A stretch of 38,488 nucleotides of DNA, the filler included, from Heptranchias perlo (Eukaryota): the NCBI RefSeq assembly GCF_035084215.1. It is 2 parts of 2 records of this genome, joined end to end, with 100 filler letters (N's around TTAATTAATTAA, not from the genome) between each part and the next. Parts side by side here need not be neighbours in the genome. Positions count along the whole stretch, not along the records: positions 15,387 to 38,488 come from NW_027139328.1; 1 more part is not named here. One strand, 5' to 3'. This document shows, piece after piece, positions 21,150 to 33,681 of the stretch (positions are counted from its first letter, which is position 1; the number at the start of each line of letters is the position of its first letter). The notes beneath the pieces are model-generated. The model ran no database searches and had not been told where the DNA came from. It saw nothing but the letters and a program-made list of their open reading frames with translations. The position numbers were made by a program, and so were the translations under genes.

Positions 21150-22715
21150 CTTCCAGGGACCTGATGAAATGTATCCCAGGACGTTATGGGAGGTTCGGGA
21201 GGAAATTGCGGGTCCCCTAGCAGAGATATTTGAATCATCGACAGCTACAGGTGAGGTGCCTGAAGATTGGGGGGTAGCAAATGTTGTGCCTTTGTTTAAG
21301 AAGGGCGGCAGGGAAAAGCCTGGGAACTACAGACCAGTGAGCCTGATATCTGTTGTAGGTAAGTTGTTCGAGGGTATTCTGAGGGACAGGATCTACAGGC
21401 ATTTGGAGAGGCAGGGACTGATTAGGAACAGTCAGCATGGTTTTGTGAGAGGAAAATCATGTCTCACGAATTTGATTGAGTTTTTTGAAGGGGTAACCAA
21501 GAAGATAGATGAGGGCTGTGCAGTAGACGTGGTCTACATGGACTTTAGCAAAGCCTTTGACAAGGTACCGCATGGTAGGTTGTTACATAAGGTTAAATCT
21601 CATGGGATCCAAGGTGAGGTAGCCAATTGGATACAAAATTGGATTGACGACAGAAGACAGAGGGTGGTTGTCGAGGGTTGTTTTTCAAACTGGAGGCCTG
21701 TGACCAGCGGTGTGCCTCAGGGATCGGTGCTGGGTCCGCTGTTATTTGTTATTTATATTAATGATTTGGATGAGAATTTAGGAGGCATGGTTAGTAAGTT
21801 TGCAGATGACACCAAGATTGGTGGCATTGTGGACAGTGAAGAAGGTTATCCAGGATTGCAACGGGATCTTGATAAATTGGGCCAGTGGGCCGATGAATGG
21901 CAGATGGTGTTTAATTTAGATAAATGTGAGGTGATGCATTTTGGGAGATCGAATCGGGCCAGGACCTACTCCGTTAATGGTAGGGCGTTGGGGAGAGTTA
22001 TAGAACAAAGAGATCTCGGAGTACAGGTTCATAGCTCCTTGAAAGTGGAGTCACAGGTGGATAGGGTGGTGAAGAAGGCATTCAGCATGCTTGGTTTCAT
22101 TGGTCAGAACATTGAATACAGGAGTTGGGATGTCTTGTTGAAGTTGTACAGGACATTAGTAAGGCCACACTTGGAATACTGTGTACAGTTCTGGTCACCC
22201 TATTATAGAAAAGATATTATTAAACTAGAAAGAGTGCAGAAAAGATTTACGAGGATGCGACCGGGACTTGATGGTTTGACTTATAGGGAGAGGTTGGATA
22301 GACTGAGACTTTTTTCCCTGGAGAGCAGGAGGTTCAGGGGTGATCGGAAAGAAGTCCATAAAATAATGAGGGGCACAGATAAGGTAGATAGTCAAAATCT
22401 TTTCCCAAAGGTAGGGGAGTCTATAACGAGGGGGCATAGATTTAAGGTGAGAGGGGAGAGATACAAAAGGGTCCAGAGGGGCAATTTTTTCACTCAAAGG
22501 GTGGTGAGTGTCTGGAACGAGCTGCCAGAGGCAGTAGCAGAGGCGGGTACAATTTTGTCTTTTAAAAAGCATTTGGACAGTGACATGGGTAAGATGGGTA
22601 TAGAGGGAGATGGGCCAAGTGCAGGCAATTGGGACTAGCTTAGTGGTATAAACTGGGCGACATGGACATATTGGGCCGAAGGACCTGTTTCCATTTTATA
22701 AACTTCAATGATTCT
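21150..22715 (+). mobile_element. Young 5'-truncated CR1 LINE with an uninterrupted 489-aa RT ORF (21169-22638)
   Basis: NYRPVSLISVVGK, QHGF, DFSKAFDKVPH, GVPQGSVLGPLLFVIYINDL, SKFADDTK, RDLGV, RPHLEYCVQFW through to the natural C-terminus; 3' UTR TTGGGCCGAAGGACCTGTTTCC. Lacks the endonuclease domain. Confidence 0.96.
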
Positions 22716-22853
22716 AGCTTCCGAGGAACGAGTTGAAACCAGGCCCCAAGTTTAGAGAGTAAAAAAATGTATAACCCACCAACCAGTCACCAGCCTGCTG
22801 TCCCCTGATGTCACTCTTTCAAATTTCTGCCTGTGTTCAAGTTGGTCTCAGGT

Positions 22854-25800
22854 TTATATCCCCGTCCTCCCTCGGTCACTGGTCCCTCTCCTTTATATCC
22901 CCGTCCTGCCCTCGGTCACTGGTCCCTCTCCTTTATATCCCCGTCCTGCCCTCGGTCACTGGTCCTTCTCCTTAATATCCCCGTCCTGCCCTTGGTCACT
23001 GCTCCCTCTCCTTCATATCCCCGTCCTGCCCTCGGTCACTGGTCCTTCTCCTTAATATCCCCGTCCTGCCCTTGGTCACTGGTCCCTCTCCTTGATAACC
23101 CCGTCCTGCTCTCGGTCACTGGTCCCTCTCCTTTATATCCCCGTCCTGCTCTCGGTCACTGGTCCCTCTCCTTTATATCCCCGTCCTCCCCCGGTCACTG
23201 GTCCCTCTCCTTTATATACCCGCCCTGCTCTCGGTCACTGGTCCCTCTCCTTTATATCCCCGCCCTGCTCTCAGTCACTGCTCCCTCTCCTTTATATCCC
23301 CGTCCTGCTCTCGGTCACTGGTCCCTCTCCTTTATATCCCCGCCCTGCTCTCAGTCACTGCTCCCTCTCCTTTATATCCCCGCCCTGCTCTCAGTCACTG
23401 GTCCCTCTCCTTCATATCCCCGCCCTGCCCCCGGTTACTAATCCCTCTCCTTCATATCCCCGCCCTGCCCCCGGTTACTAATCCCTCTCCTTTATATCCC
23501 CGCTCTGCTCTCGGTCACTGGTCCCTCTCCATTATATCGCCGTCCTGCTCTCAGTCACTGCTCCCTCTCCTTTATATCCCCGTCCTGCTCTCGGTCACTG
23601 GTCCCTCTCCATTATATCCCCGTCCTGCTCTCGGTCACTGCTCCCTCTCCTTTATATCCCCGCCCTCCCCCCCGGTCACTGGTCCCTCTCATTTATATCC
23701 CTGCCCTCCCCCCGGTCACTGGTCCCTCTCCTTTATATCCCCGCCCTGCTCTCGGTCACTGCTCCCTCTCCTTAAAATCCCCATCCTGCCCCCGGTCACT
23801 GCTCCCTCTCCTTTATATCCACGTCCTGCCCCCGGTCACTGGTCCCTCTCCCGGTCACTGGTCCCTCTCCTTTATATCCCCGCCCTGCTCTCGGTCACTG
23901 GTCCCTCTCCTTTATATCCCCGCCCTGCTCTCGGTCACTGCTCCCTCTCCTTCATATCCCCGCCCTGCCCCCAGTCACTGGTCCCTCTCCCTGATATCCC
24001 CGTCCTGCTCTCGGGCACTGCTCCCTCTCCTTTATATCCCTGTCCTGCCCTCGGTCACTGCTCCCTCCTTTATATCCCCGTCCTGCTCTCGGGCACTGGT
24101 CCCTCTCCTTCATATCCCCGTCCTGCTCTCGGTCACTGGTCCCTCTCCTTTATATCCCCGCCCTGCCCCCGGTCACTGGTCCCTCTCCTTTACATCCCTG
24201 TCCTGCTCTCGGTCTCTGGTCCCTCTCCTTTATCTCCCCGTCTTGCCCCCGGTCGCTGGACCCTTTCCTTTATATCCCCGTCCTCCCCTCGGTCACTCGT
24301 CCCTCTCCTTTAAATCCCCGCCCTGCTCTCGGTCACTGGTCCCTCTCCTTTATATCCCCGTCCTCCCCTCGGTCACTGGTCCCTCTCCTTTATATCCCCG
24401 TCCTGCTCTCGGTCACTGGTCCCTCTCCTTTAAATCCCCGCCCTGCTCTCGGTCACTGGTCCCTCTCCTTTATATCCCCGTCCTCCCCTCGGTCACTGGT
24501 CCCTCTCCTTTATATCCCCGTCCTGCTCTCGGTCACTGGTCCCTCTCCTTTAAATCCCCGCCCTGCTCTCGGTCACTGGTCCCTCTCCTTTATATCCCCG
24601 TCCTGCCCCCGGTCACTGGTCCCTCTCCTTTATATCCCCGTCCTCCCCTCGGTCACTGGTCCCTCTCCTTTATATCCCCGTCCTCCCCTCGGTCGCTGGT
24701 CCCTCTCCTTTATATCCCCGTCCTGCTCTCGGTCACTGGTCCCTCTCCTTTATATCCCCGCCCTGCTCTCGGTCACTGGTCCCTCTCCTTTATATCCCCG
24801 TCCTGCCCCCGGTCTCTGGTCCCTCTCCTTTATATCCCCGTCCTGCTCTCAGTCTCTGGTCCCTCTCCTTTATATCCCCGTCCTGCTCTCAGTCACTGGT
24901 CCCTCTCCTTTATTACCCCGCCCTGCTCTCGGTCACTGCTCCCTCTCCTTTATATCCCCGCCCTGCTCTCAGTCACTGCTCCCTCTCCTTTATATCCCCG
25001 TCCTGCTCTCAGTCTCTGGTCCCTCTCCTTTATATCCCTGTCCTCCCCTCGGTCACTGGTCCCTCTCCTTTATATCCCCGTCCTGCTCTCGGTCACTGGT
25101 CCCTCTCCTTTATATCCCCGTCCTGCTCTCGGTCACTGCTCCCTCTCCTTTATATCCCCGTCCTGCTCTCGGTCACTGCTCCCTCTCCTTGATATCCCCG
25201 CCCTGCCCCCGGTTACTAATCCCTCTCCTTTGTATCCCCGCCCTGCCTCCCCGGTCACTGGTCCCTCTCCTTTATATCCCCGCCCTGCTCTCGGTCACTG
25301 GTCCCTCTCCTTTATATCCCCGCCCTGCCCCCGGTCACTGCTCCCTCTCCTTTATATCCCCGCCCTGCTCTCAGTCACTGGTCCCTCTCCTTTATATCCC
25401 CGCCCTGCCCCCGGTCACTGGTCCCTCTCCTTTATATCCCCGCCCTGCCCCCGGTCACTGGTCCCTCTCCTTTATATCCCCGCCCTGCCCCCGGTCACTG
25501 CTCCCTCTCCTTTATATCCCCGCCCTGCTCTCAGTCACTGGTCCCTCTCCTTTATATCCCCGCCCTGCCCCCGGTCACTGGTCCCTCTCTTTTATATCCC
25601 CGCCCTGCCCCCGGTCATTGCTCCCTCTCATTTATATCCCCGCCCTGCTCTCAGTCACTGGTCCCTCTCCTTTATATCCCCGCCCTGCCCCCGGTCATTG
25701 CTCCCTCTCATTTATATCCCCGCCCTGCCCCCGGTCACTGGTCCCTCTCCTTTATATCCCCGCCCTGCCCCCGGTCACTGGTCCCTCTCCTTTATATCCC

Positions 25801-28800
25801 CGTCCTGCTCTCAGTCACTGGTCCCTCTCCTTTACATCCCCGCCCTGCCCCCGGTTATTAATCCCTCTCCTTTATATCCCCGTCCTGCTCTCGGTCACTG
25901 CTCCCTCTCCTTTATATCCCCGCCCTGCTCTCGGTCACTGCTCCCTCTCCTTCATATCCCCGCCCTGCCCCCAGTCACTGGTCCCTCTCCCTGATCTCCC
26001 CGTCCTGCTCTCGGGCACTGCTCCCTCTCCTTTACATCCCTGTCCTGCCCTCGGTCACTGCTCCCTCCTTTATATCCCCGTCCTGCTCTCGGGCACTGGT
26101 CCCTCTCCTTCATATCCCCGTCCTGCTCTCGGTCACTGGTCCCTCTCCTTTATATCCCCGCCCTGCCCCCGGTCACTGGTCCCTCTCCTTTACATCCCTG
26201 TCCTGCTCTCGGTCTCTGGTCCCTCTCCTTTATCTCCCCGTCTTGCCCCCGGTCGCTGGACCCTTTCCTTTATATCCCCGTCCTCCCCTCGGTCACTCGT
26301 CCCTCTCCTTTAAATCCCCGCCCTGCTCTCGGTCACTGGTCCCTCTCCTTTATATCCCCGTCCTCCCCTCGGTCACTGGTCCCTCTCCTTTATATCCCCG
26401 TCCTGCTCTCGGTCACTGGTCCCTCTCCTTTAAATCCCCGCCCTGCTCTCGGTCACTGGTCCCTCTCCTTTATATCCCCGTCCTGCCCCCGGTCACTGGT
26501 CCCTCTCCTTTATATCCCCGTCCTCCCCTCGGTCACTGGTCCCTCTCCTTTATATCCCCGTCCTCCCCTCGGTCGCTGGTCCCTCTCCTTTATATCCCCG
26601 TCCTGCTCTCGGTCACTGGTCCCTCTCCTTTATATCCCCGCCCTGCTCTCGGTCACTGGTCCCTCTCCTTTATATCCCCGTCCTGCCCCCGGTCTCTGGT
26701 CCCTCTCCTTTATATCCCCGTCCTGCTCTCAGTCTCTGGTCCCTCTCCTTTATATCCCCGTCCTGCTCTCAGTCACTGGTCCCTCTCCTTTATTACCCCG
26801 CCCTGCTCTCGGTCACTGCTCCCTCTCCTTTATATCCCCGCCCTGCTCTCAGTCACTGCTCCCTCTCCTTTATATCCCCGTCCTGCTCTCAGTCTCTGGT
26901 CCCTCTCCTTTATATCCCTGTCCTCCCCTCGGTCACTGGTCCCTCTCCTTTATATCCCCGTCCTGCTCTCGGTCACTGGTCCCTCTCCTTTATATCCCCG
27001 TCCTGCTCTCGGTCACTGCTCCCTCTCCTTTATATCCCCGTCCTGCTCTCGGTCACTGCTCCCTCTCCTTGATATCCCCGCCCTGCCCCCGGTTACTAAT
27101 CCCTCTCCTTTGTATCCCCGCCCTGCCTCCCCGGTCACTGGTCCCTCTCCTTTATATCCCCGCCCTGCTCTCGGTCACTGGTCCCTCTCCTTTATATCCC
27201 CGCCCTGCCCCCGGTCACTGCTCCCTCTCCTTTATATCCCCGCCCTGCTCTCAGTCACTGGTCCCTCTCCTTTATATCCCCGCCCTGCCCCCGGTCACTG
27301 GTCCCTCTCCTTTATATCCCCGCCCTGCCCCCGGTCACTGCTCCCTCTCCTTTATATCCACGCCCTGCTCTCAGTCACTGGTCCCTCTCCTTTATATCCC
27401 CGCCCTGCCCCCGGTCACTGGTCCCTCTCCTTTATATCCCCGCCCTGCCCCCGGTCACTGCTCCCTCTCCTTTATATCCCCGCCCTGCTCTCAGTCACTG
27501 GTCCCTCTCCTTTATATCCCCGCCCTGCCCCCGGTCACTGGTCCCTCTCCTTTATATCCCCGCCCTGCCCCCGGTCACTGCTCCCTCTCCTTTATATCCC
27601 CGCCCTGCTCTCAGTCACTGGTCCCTCTCCTTTATATCCCCGCCCTGCCCCCGGTCACTGGTCCCTCTCCTTTATATCCCCGCCCTGCCCCCGGTCACTG
27701 GTCCCTCTCCTTTATATCCCCGCCCTGCTCTCAGTCACTGGTCCCTCTCCTTTATATCCCCGCCCTGCCCCCGGTCACTGGTCCCTCTCCTTTATATCCC
27801 CGCCCTGCCCCCGGTCACTGGTCCCTCTCCTTTATATCCCCGTCCTGCTCTCAGTCACTGGTCCCTCTCCTTTACATCCCCGCCCTGCCCCCGGTTATTA
27901 ATCCCTCTCCTTTATATCCCCGTCCTGCTCTCGGTCACTGCTCCCTCTCCTTTATATCCCCGCCCTGCTCTCGTTCACTGGTCCCTCTCCTTTATATCCC
28001 CGCCTTGCCCCCGGTCACTGGTCCCTCTCCTTCATATCCCCGCCTTGCCCCCGGTCACTGGTCCCTCTCCTTCATATCCCCGTCCTGCTCTCGGTCACTG
28101 CTCCCTCTCCTTTATATCCCCGCCCTGCTCTCGTTCACTGGTCCCTCTCCTTTATATCCCCGCCCTCCCCCCGTTCACTGGTCCCTCTCCTTTATATCCC
28201 CGCCCTGCTCTCAGTCACTGGTCCCTCTCCTTTATATCCCCGTCCTGCTCTCGGTCACTCGTCCCTCTCCTTTATATCCCCGCCCTGCTCCCGGTCACTG
28301 GTCCCTCTCCTTTATATCCCAGCCCTGCTCTCGGTCACTGCTCCCTCTCCTTTATATCCCCGCCCTGCTCTCAGTCACTGCTCCCTCTCCTTTATATCCC
28401 CGTCCTGCTCTCAGTCTCTGGTCCCTCTCCTTTATATCCCTGTCCTCCCCTCGGTCACTGGTCCCTCTCCTTTATATCCCCGTCCTGCTCTCGGTCACTG
28501 GTCCCTCTCCTTTATATCCCCGTCCTGCTCTCGGTCACTGCTCCCTCTCCTTTATATCCCCGTCCTGCTCTCGGTCACTGCTCCCTCTCCTTTATATCCC
28601 CGCCCTGCCCCCGGTTACTAATCCCTCTCCTTTGTATCCCCGCCCTGCCTCCCCGGTCACTGGTCCCTCTCCTTTATATCCCCGCCCTGCTCTCGGTCAC
28701 TGGTCCCTCTCCTTTACATCCCCGCCCTGCCCCCGGTCACTGCTCCCTCTCCTTTATATCCCCGCCCTGCTCTCAGTCACTGGTCCCTCTCCTTTATATC

Positions 28801-31670
28801 CCCGCCCTGCCCCCGGTCACTGGTCCCTCTCCTTTATATCCCCGCCCTGCCCCCGGTCACTGCTCCCTCTCCTTTATATCCCCGCCCTGCTCTCAGTCAC
28901 TGGTCCCTCTCCTTTATATCCCCGCCCTGCCCCCGGTCACTGGTCCCTCTCCTTTATATCCCCGCCCTGCCCCCGGTCATTGCTCCCTCTCCTTTATATC
29001 CCCGCCCTGCTCTCAGTCACTGGTCCCTCTCCTTTATATCCCCGCCCTGCCCCTGGTCACTGGTCCCTCTCCTTTATATCCCCGCCCTGCCCCCGGTCAC
29101 TGGTCCCTCTCCTTTATATCCCCGTCCTGCTCTCAGTCACTGGTCCCTCTCCTTTACATCCCCGCCCTGCCCCCGGTTATTAATCCCTCTCCTTTATATC
29201 CCCGTCCTGCTCTCGGTCACTGCTCCCTCTCCTTTATATCCCCGCCCTGCTCTCGTTCACTGGTCCCTCTCCTTTATATCCCCGCCTTGCCCCCGGTCAC
29301 TGGTCCCTCTCCTTTATATCCCCGCCTTGCCCCCGGTCACTGGTCCCTCTCCTTTATATCCCCGTCCTGCTCTCGGTCACTGCTCCCTCTCCTTTATATC
29401 CCCGCCCTGCTCTCGTTCACTGGTCCCTCTCCTTTATATCCCCGCCCTCCCCCCGTTCACTGGTCCCTCTCCTTTATATCCCCGCCCTGCTCTCAGTCAC
29501 TGGTCCCTCTCCTTTATATCCCCGTCCTGCTCTCGGTCACTCGTCCCTCTCCTTTATATCCCCGCCCTGCTCCCGGTCACTGGTCCCTCTCCTTTATATC
29601 CCAGCCCTGCTCTCGGTCACTGGTCCCTCTCCTTTATATCCCCATCCTGCTCCCGGTCACTGGTCCTTTCCTTTATATCCCCGCCCTGCCCCCGGTCTCT
29701 GGTCCCTCTCCTTTATATCCCAGCCCTGCTCTCGGTCACTGGTCCCTCTCCTTTATATCCCCATCCTGCTCCCGGTCACTGGTCCCTTTCCTTTATATCC
29801 CCGTCCTGCCCCCAGTCACTCGTCTCTCTCCTTTACATATCCGCCCTGCTCCCGGTCACTGGTCCCTCTCCTTTATATCCCCGTCCTGCCCCCGGTCACT
29901 CGTCCCTCTCCTTTATATCCCCGTCCTGCTCTCGGTCACTGCTCCCTCTCCTTTATATCCCCGCCCTGCTCTCGGTCACTGCTCCCTCTCCTTTATATCC
30001 CCGCCCTGCCCCGGTCACTGGTCCCTCTCCTTTGTATCCCCGCCCTGCCCCCGGTCACTGGTCCCTCTCCTTTAATATCCCCGCCCTGCCCCCGGTCACT
30101 GGTCCCTCTCCTTTGTATCCCCGCCCTGCCCCCGGTCACTGCTCCCTCTCCTTTATATCCCCGTCCTGCTCTCGGTCTCTGGTCCCTGTCCTTTATATTC
30201 CCGTCCTGCCCCCGGTCACTGGTCCCTCTCCTTTATATCCCCGTCCTGCTCTCGGTCTCTGGTCCCTCTCCCTTATTTCCCCGTCCTGCTCCCGGTCACT
30301 GGTCCCTCTCCTTCATATCCCCGCCCTGCCCCCGGTCACTGGCCCCTCTCCTTTGTATCCCCGTCCTGCTCTCGGTCACTGGTCCCTCTCCTTTATATCC
30401 CCGCCCTGCCCCCGGTCTCTGGTCCCTCTCCTTTATATCCCCATCCTGCCCTCGTTCACTGGTCCCTCTCCTTCATATCCCCGCCCTGCTCTCGGTCACT
30501 GGTCCCTCTCCTTCATACCCCATCCTGCTCCCGGTCACTGGTCCCTTGTCCTTTCCTTCATATCCCCGCCCTACTCTCGGTCACTGGTCCCTCTCCTTTA
30601 TATCCCCGTCCTGCCCTCGGTCACTGGTCCCTCTCCTTTATATCTCCGTCCTGCCCCGGTCACTGGTCCCTCTCCTTCATATCCCCGCCCTGCTCTCGGT
30701 CTCTGGTCCCTCTCCTTTATATCCCCCGTCCTGCTCTCGTTCACTGGTCGCTCTCCTTTATATCCCCGCCCTGCTCTCGGGCACTGGTCCCTCTCCTTTA
30801 TATCCCCGTCCTGCCCTCGGTCACTGGTCCCTCTCCTTTATATCCCCGTCCTGCCCTCGGTCACTGGTCCCTCTCCTTTATATCTCCGTCCTGCCCCCGG
30901 TCACTGGTCCCTCTCCTTTATATCCCCACCCTGCTCTCGGGCACTGGTCCCTCTCCTTTATATCCCCGCCCTGCTCTCGGGCACTGGTCCCTCTCCTTTA
31001 TATCCCCGCCCTGCTCTCGGTCGCTGGTCCCTCTCCTTTCTATCCCCGTCCTCTCCCTCGGTCACTGGTCCCTCTCCTTTGTATCCCGTCCTGCTCTCGG
31101 TCACTGGTCCCTCTCCTTTATATCCCCGCCCTGCCCCCGGTCACTGGTCCCTCTCCTTTATATCCCCGCCCTGCCCCCGGTCACTGGTCCTCTCCTTTAT
31201 ATCCCCGACCTGCTCTCGGTCACTGGTCCCTCTCCTTTATATCCCCGACCTGCTCTCGGTCACTGGTCCCTCTCCTTTATATCCCCGTCCTGCTCTCGGT
31301 CACTGATCCCTCTCCTTTATATCCCCGCCCTGCTCTCGGTCACTGCTCCCTCTCCTTTATATCCCCACCCTGCTCTCGGTCACTGCTCCCTCTGCTTTAT
31401 ATCCCCGCCCTGCCCTCGGTCACTGGTCCCTCTCTTATATCCCCGCCCTGCCCTCGGTCTCTGGTCCCTCTCCTTTATATCCCCGTCCTGCTCTCAGTCA
31501 CTGCTCCCTCTCCTTTATATCCCCGCCCTGCCCCCTGTCACTGGTCCCTCTCCTTTATATCCCCGCCCTGCTCTCAGTCACTGGTCCCTCTCCTTTATAT
31601 CCCCCGCCCTGCCCCCGGTCACTGGTCCCTCTCCTTTATATCCCCGCCCTGCCCCCGGTCACTGGTCCCT
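22854..31670 (+). repeat. 40-bp satellite array, block 1 (CCCTCTCCTTTATATCCCCG(C/T)CCTGC(T/C)C(T/C)CGGTCACTG(G/C)T), about 220 copies
   Basis: Tandem unit directly visible; copy number estimated as length/40. Confidence 0.98.
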
Positions 31671-33681
31671 CTCTCTCTCTCTGCGCGCCCCCCTCTCTCT
31701 CTCTGCGCGCCCCTCTCTCTCTCTCTCTGCGCGCCCCCCCTCTCTCTCTCTCTCTGCGCGCCCCACTCTCTCTCTCTCTCTCTGCGCGCCCCTCTCTCTC
31801 TCTCTCTGCGCGCCCCTCTCTCTCTCTCTGCGCGCCCCTCTCTCTCTCTCTGCGCGCCCCTCTCTCTCTCTCTCTGCGCCCCTCTCTCTCTCTCTCTGCG
31901 CGCCCCTCTCTCTCTCTCTCTGCGCGCCCCTCTCTCTCTCTCTCGCTGCGCGCCCCTCTCTCTCTCTCTCTGCGCGCCCCTCTCTCTCTCTCTGCGCGCC
32001 CCTCTCTCTCTCTCTGCGCGCCCCTCTCTCTCTCTCTCTGCGCGCCCCTCTCTCTCTCTCTGCGCGCCCTCTCTCTCTCTCTCTGCGCGCCCCTCTCTCT
32101 CTCTCTCTCTGCGCGCCCCTCTCTCGCTCTCTCTGCGCGCCCCTCTCTCTCTGCGCGCCCCTCTCTCTCTCTCTGCGCGCCCCTCTCTCTCTGCGCGCCC
32201 CTCCTCTCTCTCTCTCTGCGCGCCCCCCTCTCTCTCTCTCTCTGCGCGCCCCTCTCTCTCTCTCTCTGCGCGCCCCTCTCTCTCTCCTCTCCTGCGCGCC
32301 CCCTCTCTCTCTCTCTCTGCGCGCCCCCCTCTCTCTCTCTCTCTGCGCGCCCCCCTCTCTCTCTCTCTCTGCGCGCCCCTCTCTCTCTCTCTCTGCGCGC
32401 CCCTCTCTCTCTCTCTCTGCGCGCACCTCTCTCTCTCTCTCTGCGCGCCACCTCTCTCTCTCTCTCTGCGCGCCCCTCTCTCTCTCTCTGCGCGCCCCTC
32501 TCTCTCTCTCTGCGCGCCCCTCTCTGTCTCTCTGCGCGCCCCTCTCTCTCTCTCTGCGCGCGCCCCTCTCTCTCTCTCTGCGCGCCCCTCTCTCTCTCTC
32601 TGCGCGCCCCTCTCTCTCTTCTCTGCGCGCCCCTCTCTCTCTCTCTGCGCGCCCCTCTCTCTCTCTCTGCGCGCCCTCTCTCTCTCTCTGCGCGCCCCTC
32701 TCTCTCTCTCTGCGCGCCCCTCTCTCTCTCTCTCTGCGCGCCCCTCTCTCTCTCTCTCTGCGCGCGCCCCTCTCTCTCTCTCTGCGCGCCCCTCTCTCTC
32801 TCTCTCTGGCGCGCCCCTCTCTCTCTCTCTGCGCGCCCCTCTCTCTCTCTCTCTGCGCGCCCCTCTCTCTCTCTCTCTGCGCGCACCCTCTCTCTCTCTC
32901 TCTCTGCGCGCCCCTCTCTCCGCTCTCTCTGCGCGCCCCTCTCTCTCTGCGCGCCCCTCTCTCTCTCTCTGCGCGCCCCTCTCTCTCTCTCTGCGCGCCC
33001 CTCTCTCTCTCTCTGCGCGCCCCTCTCTCTCTCTCTCTGCGCGCCCCCTCTCTCTCTGCGCGCCCCTCTCTCTCTCTCTCTCTGCGCGCCCCCCCTCTCT
33101 CTCTCTCTCTGCGCGCCCCTCTCTCTCTCTCTCTGCGCGCCCCTCTCTCTCTCTCTGCGCGCCCCTCTCTCTCTCTCTCTCTCTGCGCGCCGCCCCTCTC
33201 TCTCTCTCTCTCTGCGCGCCCCCCTCTCTCTCTGCGCGCCCCTCTCTCTCTCTCTCTGCGCGCCCCTCTATCTCTCTGCGCGCCCCTCTCTCTCTCTCTG
33301 CGCGCCCCTCTCTCTCTCTCTGCGCGCCCCTCTCTCTCTCTCTGCGCGCCCCTCTCTCTCTCTCTGCGCGCCCCTCTCTCTCTCTCTCTCTGCGCGCCCC
33401 TCTCTCTCTCTCTGCGCGCCCCTCTCTCTCTCTCTGCGCGCCCCTCTCTCTCTCTCTCTGCGCGCCTCTCTCTCTCTCTCTGCGCGCCCCTCTCTCTCTC
33501 TCTCTCTGCGCGCCCCTCTCTCTCTCTCTCTCTCTGCGCGCCCCTCTCTCTCTCTGCGCGCCCCTCTCTCTCTCTCTCTGCGCGCCCCTCTCTCTCTCTC
33601 TGCGCGCCCTTCTCTCTCTCTCTCTGCGCGCCCCTCTCTCTCTCTCTCTCTGCGCGCCCCCCTCTCTCTCTGCGCGCCCCT
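31671..33681 (+). repeat. Compound microsatellite [(CT)n-GCGCGCCC], block 1
   Basis: TGCGCGCCCC separated by variable (TC)n runs; unit about 19-30 nt. Confidence 0.97.
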
